Shown here: piece after piece, positions 17,348 to 24,694 of the stretch
Layout of the letters: each line of letters opens with the position of its first letter
How positions within the stretch are numbered: the first letter of the stretch is position 1
Source of the DNA: a virus
Lineage: Duplodnaviria > Caudoviricetes
Direction: 5' to 3' (one strand)
Virus record (IMG/VR): IMGVR_UViG_3300030059_001563
Location: 1 to 24,694 of that record
DNA length: 24,694 bases
Program-made: the position numbers and the translations under genes
Notes under the pieces: generated by a model
Databases searched by the model: none
The model's input: the letters and a program-made list of their open reading frames with translations, nothing else
What the model was told of the DNA's origin: nothing

Positions 17348-17615
17348 TTACAAATATGATGAAGACAAAGCTTTGTCTGAATTGAAAGAATACATCGACT
17401 CAACTTATGATGAACACTATAGTACGAACCAGTTTCAAGCTACAGAGTTTATTATTGACGGTGGACATGGTGAAGGTTTCTGTATCGGTAACATCATGAA
17501 ATATGCACAACGATATGGAAAAAAAGATGGTTATAATAAAAGGGACTTGCTAAAAGTCATCCACTATGGTATTATAGCTTTATACAATCACAAAATCATG
17601 GAGAAAAGTGAATGA
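17334..17615 (+). CDS. Conserved phage hypothetical protein (DUF3310-like)
   Basis: YIDSTYDEHY, GHGEGFCIGNIMKYAQRYGKK, DLLKVIHY. The frame is open back to a TAG at 17319. SD GAGG(17321-24) points to ATA 17331 or ATC 17334 rather than TTG 17373, so the start is uncertain. Confidence 0.75.
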   Translation: MSKVNYKYDEDKALSELKEYIDSTYDEHYSTNQFQATEFIIDGGHGEGFCIGNIMKYAQRYGKKDGYNKRDLLKVIHYGIIALYNHKIMEKSE

Positions 17616-18274
17616 AGTTAAGTAGTCAAACAATCAATGTGTTGAAGAATTTCTCAACCATTAACCAAAACCTTGTAATCAAGGAAGGTAGTGATATTGC
17701 TACCATGTCAGCAATGAAGAACATTGTTTCTAAAGCAAAGGTAGAAGAAGTTTTTGAAAAAGAATTTGCAATTTATGATCTCAATGAGTTTCTATCTGCA
17801 CTGTCTTTATTTGGAACGCCAGATTTAGATTTTCAAGATGACTACGTTGTAATTACAGAGGAAGGTTCTCCTAAGTCTTTAAAGTATTGGTATTCTGATC
17901 CATCTGTGGTCACTTCCCCAACTAAAGATATTACTATGCCATCAACTGAGATTACGTTTAATTTTTCTAGTGATTCTCTTGCAGAAATTACAAGAGCTGC
18001 ATCCGTCATTGGAGCTCCTGATATGGTTCTAGAAAATGGTAAACTAAGGGTTACTGATAAAAAGAATACAACTGCAAATGATTATGCAACTGAACTGGAT
18101 GTTCCTGATAGTGATATTGATTATAAATTCTGGTTTAAAGTTGAAAACTTAAAACTACTTCCTGGCTCATATAGTGTCGAAGTTTCCTCAAAAAATATTA
18201 GTAAGTTTACTAACTCTAATGTTGAAATAGAGTATTTTATTGCTCTTGAACCTGAATCTTCTTATGCCGCTTAA
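17612..18274 (+). CDS. gp45: Sliding clamp (T4 gp45)
   Basis: MKLS.QTINVLKNFSTINQ, FAIYDLNEFL, FKVENLKLLPG.Y.V, YFIALE. Directly upstream of gp44. Confidence 0.96.
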   Translation: MKLSSQTINVLKNFSTINQNLVIKEGSDIATMSAMKNIVSKAKVEEVFEKEFAIYDLNEFLSALSLFGTPDLDFQDDYVVITEEGSPKSLKYWYSDPSVVTSPTKDITMPSTEITFNFSSDSLAEITRAASVIGAPDMVLENGKLRVTDKKNTTANDYATELDVPDSDIDYKFWFKVENLKLLPGSYSVEVSSKNISKFTNSNVEIEYFIALEPESSYAA

Positions 18275-18291
18275 AGTTAGGAACTTATATT

Positions 18292-19227
18292 ATGGAAAGT
18301 TATTTATGGGTCGAACAATATCGTCCCAAGGATGTAAGCTCGTGCATACTTCCTAAAAATCTAAAAGACACTTTCATAGAGTTTGTTGAAAGTGATAATA
18401 TACCCAACCTGATATTATCAGGTAGGCCTGGTGTAGGTAAAACAACTATTGCAAAAGCAATGATTGAGCAGATTGGTGCTACCTACATGATGATCAACGG
18501 TTCTGAGGAGTCAGGTATTGATATTCTTAGAACCAAGATCAGAAACTTTGCTTCTACTGTATCACTTGAAGGTGGTAGAAAGTATCTAATACTTGATGAA
18601 GCAGATTATCTAAATCCACAATCTACTCAACCAGCCTTACGTGGTTTCATGGAAGAGTTTCATAATAACTGTGGATTTATTCTTACTTGTAATTATAAGA
18701 ATCGTTTGATTGAGCCATTACACTCTCGTTGTAGTGTAATTGAGTTTACTATTCCTAAATCTGAGAAACAAAATCTTGCTTCTGAGTTTATGAAAAGAGT
18801 TATAAGTATTCTTGATACAGAAAAAGTCAAGTATGAAAATAGAGTTATTGCAGAAGTTATTAATACATACTTTCCAGATTGGCGCAGAACTTTAAATGAA
18901 TTACAAAGGTATTCAATATCAGGTGAAATTGATGCTGGAATACTAGTAAATTTGAGTGATGTAAATATAAAAGAACTTATGCATTACATGAAAAATAAGG
19001 AGTTCACTAATGTTCGTAAATGGGTTGTCGATAATCTTGATAACGATCCTGTACATCTTCTTCGTAGTATCTACGATAATCTTTATGAGTATGTGGATGG
19101 TTCTACTATTCCCCATTGCGTTGTGGTGTTGGGTGAGTACCAGTACAAATCAGCTTTTGTTGCAGACCAAGAAATAAATATTATGGCTTGTTTGACAGAG
19201 ATAATGGGTAGGGTAAAGTTTAAATGA
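18292..19227 (+). CDS. gp44: Clamp loader large subunit (T4 gp44)
   Basis: LWVEQYRP, Walker A GRPGVGKT, ILDEAD, LRGFMEEF, PLHSRC (SRC motif), FPDWRR. Confidence 0.97.
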   Translation: MESYLWVEQYRPKDVSSCILPKNLKDTFIEFVESDNIPNLILSGRPGVGKTTIAKAMIEQIGATYMMINGSEESGIDILRTKIRNFASTVSLEGGRKYLILDEADYLNPQSTQPALRGFMEEFHNNCGFILTCNYKNRLIEPLHSRCSVIEFTIPKSEKQNLASEFMKRVISILDTEKVKYENRVIAEVINTYFPDWRRTLNELQRYSISGEIDAGILVNLSDVNIKELMHYMKNKEFTNVRKWVVDNLDNDPVHLLRSIYDNLYEYVDGSTIPHCVVVLGEYQYKSAFVADQEINIMACLTEIMGRVKFK

Positions 19228-19841
19228 TTGATGTATATGATAATGTACTAGAAGAACATAATGCTATTTTGGTTGATAACGAAATCAGACAAATATCATG
19301 GAAATATGATTATCATTCTGATGCAAATAAACCTAATAAACACTGGCACGTTTTTTGTGGTCATAATAAAGAAGAATGTGATGTTGCTGATTTTGGATGG
19401 GCTCATCAAATATTTAATACTGCATTACATAAATATAAGTTTGATGAAAAATATAATGTAGAAGAAATTAAAAGAATATATTGTAACGCTCACACTTATG
19501 GTATTGAACCACAGATTCATACTGATGATGGTGATTTTACTATGATCTATTATCCTCGTTTAGATTGGAAAACAGAGTGGGGTGGTGGAACAACAATATA
19601 TCATGAGGATGTCCCCCAGCGCAATTATAGGGTTGATAAAGCTGTTTCTTATAAAGGTAATCGGTTAATTGTTTTTGATGCATATTTACCACATTGCGCT
19701 CAACCAGTTACAAAAGATTGTTATGATTTGAGAAGTTGTGTTGTTTTTAAATGTAATATTGTTGGTGGAAATCATGAAAAGTTAGATTTTTATAAAGACA
19801 ATTTATCTTCTGGAAACTTTAAAGTAAAAATTATTGATTGA
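19224..19841 (+). CDS. 2OG-Fe(II) oxygenase
   Basis: RIYCNAH...HTDDGD (HxD), WKTEWGGGT, YKGNRLIVFD..LPH, LRSCVVFK. Confidence 0.85.
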   Translation: MIDVYDNVLEEHNAILVDNEIRQISWKYDYHSDANKPNKHWHVFCGHNKEECDVADFGWAHQIFNTALHKYKFDEKYNVEEIKRIYCNAHTYGIEPQIHTDDGDFTMIYYPRLDWKTEWGGGTTIYHEDVPQRNYRVDKAVSYKGNRLIVFDAYLPHCAQPVTKDCYDLRSCVVFKCNIVGGNHEKLDFYKDNLSSGNFKVKIID

Positions 19842-19893
19842 TGGTAACATCTTCTATAAATTAATTATTAGATAAAATAGGAAGAAATATATA

Positions 19894-20013
19894 ATGTATG
19901 TATTGAAAGTAAAGAATGGAACATATAAAGCAGATAGTTGGTCTGCATTGTGGTGGGCAGTATTTCGCCATCGTTTGAACCATTTCTGTAAGGGCGAAGG
20001 GTTTGCTGACTAG
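19894..20013 (+). CDS. Small hypothetical protein (39 aa), not in the ORF track
   Basis: MYVLKVKNGTYKADSWSALWWAVFRHRLNHFCKGEGFAD*. SD-like AGGAAG at 19879-84. Its TAG overlaps the GTG start of gp62. Confidence 0.65.
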   Translation: MYVLKVKNGTYKADSWSALWWAVFRHRLNHFCKGEGFAD

Positions 20014-20411
20014 TGTATGAACTAAAAAACTACCTCAAAGCCATTAATGAAACTAAAGAACCTCTTATGGATGGTGAAGATGAAGAATGGGAGAAGAAAT
20101 ATCCTCCATATATCGTTAATAAGTGTGTTGCTCCCTTTCCTGATACTATTCAATTAGTTAACGAAATTAACCAATTACCCCATCTAGACAAGAAACTTCA
20201 GTTTGATTTTTTGATAAATAGTCTTAGACCAAGGAAAAGATTTACTCCTTGGGTGAAGGCGATGAAAGTTGATAATTTAGAGTATGTTAAAGAGTATTAT
20301 GGATATAGTAATGAAAAAGCAAAGTCCGCTCTTGAAATATTATCTGATGAACAAATTTCTGCCATAAAACAAAAATTAAATAAAGGTGGAAGAAATAATG
20401 GAAGATGTTAA
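20013..20411 (+). CDS. gp62: Clamp loader small subunit (T4 gp62)
   Basis: YPPYIVN, NEINQ..HLDKKLQFDFLINSLRPRKRF..W.K, VKEYYGYSNEKA..AL. GTG start. Confidence 0.93.
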   Translation: MYELKNYLKAINETKEPLMDGEDEEWEKKYPPYIVNKCVAPFPDTIQLVNEINQLPHLDKKLQFDFLINSLRPRKRFTPWVKAMKVDNLEYVKEYYGYSNEKAKSALEILSDEQISAIKQKLNKGGRNNGRC

Positions 20412-20802
20412 TTGGACACAGGAGAAGATGTTAGAAGTCAGCTTAAAAGAACCAGATGATTTTTTAAAGGTTCGTGAAACACTATCACGAATTGGGGTTG
20501 CTTCAAGAAAAGATAGAAAACTGTATCAGTCTTGCCATATACTACATAAGCAAGGTAGATATTATATTACACATTTTAAAGAGTTGTTTGCTCTTGATGG
20601 TAAGGTTGTAAATTTATCTGAAAATGATATTGCTCGTAGAAATACAATTGCAAATCTTTTGAAAGAATGGGGTTTGGTAGATGTTATAGGAACTATGGAA
20701 TCATTAGCTCCATTAAGTCAAATTAAAGTTTTATCTTTTAAAGAAAAAAATGAATGGCAACTAGAAACAAAGTATAATATCGGTAAGAAGAAAGAAGTTT
20801 AA
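20398..20802 (+). CDS. regA: Translational repressor RegA
   Basis: LKEPDDFLKVRETLSRIGVAS, LYQSCHILHKQGRYYITHFKELFALDG, RRNTIA.LL.EWGL. ATG 20398 preferred over GTG 20386. Confidence 0.97.
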   Translation: MEDVNWTQEKMLEVSLKEPDDFLKVRETLSRIGVASRKDRKLYQSCHILHKQGRYYITHFKELFALDGKVVNLSENDIARRNTIANLLKEWGLVDVIGTMESLAPLSQIKVLSFKEKNEWQLETKYNIGKKKEV

Positions 20803-22184
20803 TGGAGCAATTCAAGTCTTACATTACAGAGGCAAAAGAAGAACCATATCGTATTCTTGTCATCTCTGCTGAACCAGATAATAGTAAATTATTTCATACC
20901 GCTCAGAGAATAACGGATGAAGCAAAAAAATCTGGTCATGAAGTTTATGTTGTGAAAGTTGAAGGCGCTATTATTAATTATGATAATGGTATTTACAATA
21001 TATCAAATTCAGATGATAAAAAAGGCTTTGAAGTTAATATAAATACAGTTGCTATTATTCGTGGTTCTGTTCGATTAAAAAAGAGTTATTTGGATTTACT
21101 ATCTCGCCTTGAGAAAATTGGGGTGTGTATGGTTAATAGTCGGCAGACAGTATCAGTATCTTCTGATAAATATAGGACATACGTTAAGTTACAAGATTTT
21201 GGTTTGAATCAACCTAAGACTGTTCTTATACCGAATGAGAAAACTTGGAAACAAGCAGTCGAATCTCTAGATTCTAAGTTTCCTATCATTATGAAAACAC
21301 TAGAAGGCTCAAAGGGAGTTGGTGTTCTTTTTATTGAATCAGAACGTCAAATAGAATCTTTAGTGCAACTACTTTATAGTCAAAATGATGATGTAGATTT
21401 GTTGATTCAAGAGTATATAGAAACTGATGGAGATATACGAGTTCTTGTTTTGGGTGGTAAAGTTATTGCTTCTATGAAACGAGATGTGGTAGAAGGTGAC
21501 TTTAGATCAAATGTTTCTCAGGGAGCAAAGGTTAAAGAATACAAACTAACAGAATTAGAAGTAGAGCATTGTCTTCTAGCTTCAAAAGCAATTGATGGTT
21601 CTTGGACTGCCGTTGATTTTATCCCTTCAAAAAATCCAAAGACAGAGCCACCATATATTCTAGAAGTAAATCATTCTCCAGGCACAGAGGGTATTGAAGA
21701 AGCAACTGGAAAAAATATAGTCAAGCAGGTTATTGATCACTATGCAAATCCAGATAATAGATATTCAGTACCAACACAATGTGGTTGGGAAGAAATTGTT
21801 ACAGTAAACCCGTTTGGTGATTTAATTGCAAAGTTTGATACAGGTAATGCTAGATACTCTGTTCTTCATGCAGAAGATATAGATATTAACGGTAAAAAAA
21901 TTACATTCACTCATGGTGAAAAAACTATAACCACTAAGTTAGTTGGAGACTATGTTTCTATAACAGGGGGTGGAGAAGATAAAAGATATTTGGTTGAGTT
22001 GGAATTTAAATTTGCTGGTTCCTCTTATGGTAAAATTACATTCGGCTTAGATAATAGAGATAACTTTAATACAGATGTTTTGTTAAATAGAAAAACAATG
22101 AGAATGTTAAATGTCATGGTGAATCCACAAAGAAAATATATCGTTACCACCAAATATACCCTTGACAAATCTTCCTCAAACTGA
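20802..22184 (+). CDS. rimK: RimK-like ATP-grasp glutamate ligase fused to a C-terminal retropepsin-like (RimB / 'ATP-dependent zinc protease' family) domain
   Basis: ATP-grasp motifs DKYRT, FPIIMK..GSKGVGV, LIQEYI, DIRVLV, FRSNVSQG, AVDF, LEVNHSPG. C-terminal domain GWEE.V...AKFDTG...S.LHA...R..V..., LDNR....VLL.R. Confidence 0.88.
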   Translation: MEQFKSYITEAKEEPYRILVISAEPDNSKLFHTAQRITDEAKKSGHEVYVVKVEGAIINYDNGIYNISNSDDKKGFEVNINTVAIIRGSVRLKKSYLDLLSRLEKIGVCMVNSRQTVSVSSDKYRTYVKLQDFGLNQPKTVLIPNEKTWKQAVESLDSKFPIIMKTLEGSKGVGVLFIESERQIESLVQLLYSQNDDVDLLIQEYIETDGDIRVLVLGGKVIASMKRDVVEGDFRSNVSQGAKVKEYKLTELEVEHCLLASKAIDGSWTAVDFIPSKNPKTEPPYILEVNHSPGTEGIEEATGKNIVKQVIDHYANPDNRYSVPTQCGWEEIVTVNPFGDLIAKFDTGNARYSVLHAEDIDINGKKITFTHGEKTITTKLVGDYVSITGGGEDKRYLVELEFKFAGSSYGKITFGLDNRDNFNTDVLLNRKTMRMLNVMVNPQRKYIVTTKYTLDKSSSN

Positions 22185-22190
22185 TATACT
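22162..22190 (+). promoter_or_regulatory. Sigma70-type promoter for gp43
   Basis: TTGACA(22162-67)-17 nt-TATACT(22185-90) with an extended -10 TG. Confidence 0.82.
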
Positions 22191-22196
22191 CTTATA

Positions 22197-24694
22197 ATGA
22201 ACTTTTATACAAATGTGCTTCAATGGGGCAACCAACTTTTTGTTCGAGCTGTTATTAATGGTGAACGACAAAACTTTAAAATTAAATATCGCCCAACTCT
22301 ATATTCTCCTGTTCCTGGTAAAAAGACAGGTTACAAAACACTTGATGGTGTTTCCGTATTACCTACTGAATTTGATTCTATCAAGGAAGCAAAAGAATGG
22401 GTTGACAGTCATAAGAGTCAACCAGAGTTGGTTTATGGTAACACACAATTTTCCTATAATTATATTGCTGATACTTACAAAGGTCGTATCGATTGGGACT
22501 TAGACAATATCCTAATGGTGACTATCGATATTGAAGTTCAGTGTGAGAACGGATTTCCTTCACCCTCTGAAGCTAAAGAAGAGATGCTGTCCATCACAAT
22601 CAAGAATCATCAGAACAAGAAGATTGTTGTGTTTGGTATCGGTAAATTTGAAACAGATCGTGATGACGTTACCTATGTTGAGTGTGAGAGTGAAACACAT
22701 TTACTCAAAGAGTTTTTAATATTCTGGGAGAATAATCAACCAGATATTATCACTGGTTGGAATACAGAGTTCTTTGATATTCCCTATATCTGCAATCGTA
22801 TTATAAATTTATTTGGTGAAGATGAACTAAAACGATTATCTCCTTGGGGTAGTGTTCAACCTAGAGAAGTGTTTAAGATGGGTCGTAATCACCAAACATA
22901 TAATATACAAGGTATTGCTGCACTAGATTATTTTGATCTATATCGTAAGTTTACCTATCAGGCACAAGAGTCCTATCGACTAGACCATATTGCTTTTGTT
23001 GAACTTGGTGAACGTAAAGATGGTAATCCATATGAAACATTTCGTGAATGGTATCAGAAAGATTTCCAATCGTTTATTGAATACAACATTCAAGATGTTG
23101 AGATTGTTGACAAGCTTGAAGATAAGATGAAACTTATTGAACTATGTCTAACTATGGCATATGATGGTAAGGTCAACTTCACAGATGTTCTAGGCTCTGT
23201 TCGTTATTGGGATGTTCTTATATATAATTATCTAAGAGATAAGAACATAGTTATACCACAAAAAAAGAATACTGCTAAATCAGATCAGTTTGAAGGTGCT
23301 TATGTAAAAGACCCTCAAGTGGGTATGCATAAATGGGTGATGTCTTTTGATCTAAATTCGTTGTATCCTCACCTGATAATGCAATATAATATATCACCAG
23401 AAACTCTAGTTCCTAATTGTAAACAAGCAAAAGGCCTAGTTGATAAGATTCTAGATGGTGAAGTTAGGAATGATACCGATTATTGTATGACTCCAAACGG
23501 TGCATTTTTCAAAAAAGATAAAAGAGGATTCCTTCCTGAGATCATGGAGAGTATGTATAATGATCGTGTTAAATATAAAAAACTTATGCTTCAGGCTGAA
23601 CAAGAATATGAGGACACTAAAAAACCAAGTCTCCTCAAGGATATTGCTCGATACAACAACATCCAGATGGCAAAGAAAATATCCCTTAATAGTGCGTATG
23701 GTGCTATTGGGAATAATTGGTTTCGGTATTTTGATCTTATGGTTGCTACGGCAATTACTTCAAGTGGTCAGTTATCTATACGATGGATTGAAAAGGCTCT
23801 TAACATTTATCTCAACAAGATTATTGGAACTGAGAAAGAAGATTATGTTATTGCGAGTGATACGGACAGTGTGTACATCACCTTTGATACACTTGTATCT
23901 AAATCTTTTAAAGATAGAAATCCATCTACAGAGTCCATCGTCAATTTTCTGGATAAAATTGCCACTGATAAAATTGAACCATTTATTAATCGATCTTACG
24001 AGAACCTTGCTGATACGGTTGGGGCATATGAACAAAAGATGATTATGGCCCGTGAGGTCATTGCTGACAAGGGTATCTGGACTGCTAAGAAAAGGTATAT
24101 TCTTAACGTACACGATAGTGAGGGTGTGAGGTACAAAGAACCTAAACTCAAGATCATGGGTATTGAGGCAGTTAAATCATCAACACCAGCACCATGTAGA
24201 GAGAAGATTAAAGAGGCACTCAAGATCATAATAAACGGTGATGAGAAGATGCTAAATACCTTTATACAGGAGTTTAGAGAAGAGTTTATGACGTTATCAC
24301 CAGAAGAGATTGCATTTCCACGTAGTTGTAATGGTGTAAAGAAGTTTACCGGAGATTCAAGTTTATTTCGTAAAGGTGCGCCAATGCATGTCAAGGGTGC
24401 GATATTGTACAATCATCTGATTAAGAAGAATAAGCTGTCAGGTAAATTTCCCTTTATTCAAGAAGGAGACAAGGTGCGGTTCGTAAATCTAAAACAACCA
24501 AACATATATCAGTCTAGCTCATTCTCTTTTATAACTTCTTTTCCAAAGGAACTTGACATTAAGGAAAGAATAGACTATGATGTACAATTCACTAAGGCAT
24601 TTGTTGAACCGATTCGGTTTATCACAGAGAAGATGAATTGGTTGATTGACGATAGTTATGGAACACAAGGCAGTTTAGAGGATTTTTTCGGATG
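22197..24694 (+). CDS. gp43: Family B DNA polymerase (T4 gp43); stop codon cut by the window end
   Basis: Begins MNFYTNVLQWGN. Contains exonuclease motifs DIE, TGWN..FFD and YNIQD, and polymerase motifs SFDLNSLYP, KISLNSAYG, ASDTDS and KKRY. The start, SFDLNSLYP and the end were checked to be in one frame. Ends in the clamp-binding tail GSLEDFFG followed by TG. About 832 aa; absent from the ORF track. Confidence 0.97.
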   Translation, partial: MNFYTNVLQWGNQLFVRAVINGERQNFKIKYRPTLYSPVPGKKTGYKTLDGVSVLPTEFDSIKEAKEWVDSHKSQPELVYGNTQFSYNYIADTYKGRIDWDLDNILMVTIDIEVQCENGFPSPSEAKEEMLSITIKNHQNKKIVVFGIGKFETDRDDVTYVECESETHLLKEFLIFWENNQPDIITGWNTEFFDIPYICNRIINLFGEDELKRLSPWGSVQPREVFKMGRNHQTYNIQGIAALDYFDLYRKFTYQAQESYRLDHIAFVELGERKDGNPYETFREWYQKDFQSFIEYNIQDVEIVDKLEDKMKLIELCLTMAYDGKVNFTDVLGSVRYWDVLIYNYLRDKNIVIPQKKNTAKSDQFEGAYVKDPQVGMHKWVMSFDLNSLYPHLIMQYNISPETLVPNCKQAKGLVDKILDGEVRNDTDYCMTPNGAFFKKDKRGFLPEIMESMYNDRVKYKKLMLQAEQEYEDTKKPSLLKDIARYNNIQMAKKISLNSAYGAIGNNWFRYFDLMVATAITSSGQLSIRWIEKALNIYLNKIIGTEKEDYVIASDTDSVYITFDTLVSKSFKDRNPSTESIVNFLDKIATDKIEPFINRSYENLADTVGAYEQKMIMAREVIADKGIWTAKKRYILNVHDSEGVRYKEPKLKIMGIEAVKSSTPAPCREKIKEALKIIINGDEKMLNTFIQEFREEFMTLSPEEIAFPRSCNGVKKFTGDSSLFRKGAPMHVKGAILYNHLIKKNKLSGKFPFIQEGDKVRFVNLKQPNIYQSSSFSFITSFPKELDIKERIDYDVQFTKAFVEPIRFITEKMNWLIDDSYGTQGSLEDFFG

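Noticed and set aside
15495-19461. Short overlapping ORFs 15495-15680 and 19261-19461
   Set aside because: Nested in hsp20 and in an oxygenase gene, with no independent evidence of coding.
22213-24412. ORFs 22213-22503, 22531-22719, 23500-24042, 23772-24113 and 23996-24412, which could suggest a split or decayed polymerase
   Set aside because: All are off-frame or antisense to the gp43 frame starting at 22197, whose start, motif A and end are in frame. The length is normal, so no intron, intein or split is evident.

Overview
AT-rich segment of a T4-like (Tevenvirinae/Kyanoviridae-like, probably marine) myophage genome. All credible genes are on the + strand. Gene order: prohead core gp22, major capsid gp23, tail terminator gp3, uvsY, two 2OG-Fe(II) oxygenases, uvsW, a hypothetical gene, late sigma gp55, gp47, gp46, an adenine methyltransferase, peptide deformylase, a VWA/metallopeptidase plus CobS-like AAA+ pair, hsp20, two more oxygenases, a small conserved ORF, gp45, gp44, a fifth oxygenase, a 39-aa ORF, gp62, regA, a RimK-protease fusion and DNA polymerase gp43. 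gp43 was missed by the ORF track because its stop codon is cut by the window edge. Notable observations: (1) a RimK ATP-grasp ligase fused to a retropepsin-like DTG protease, with an N-terminus resembling the T4 capsid-targeting sequence; (2) a structured, switch-like RNA leader before uvsY containing two late promoters; (3) a ROSE-like RNA thermometer before hsp20; (4) an exact 18-bp element at the same distance upstream of the promoters of both the VWA and AAA+ genes; (5) an antisense sigma70 promoter back-to-back with the gp55 promoter; (6) an apparently leaderless gp43 mRNA. All calls come from motif recognition and gene order by eye; no searches were run.
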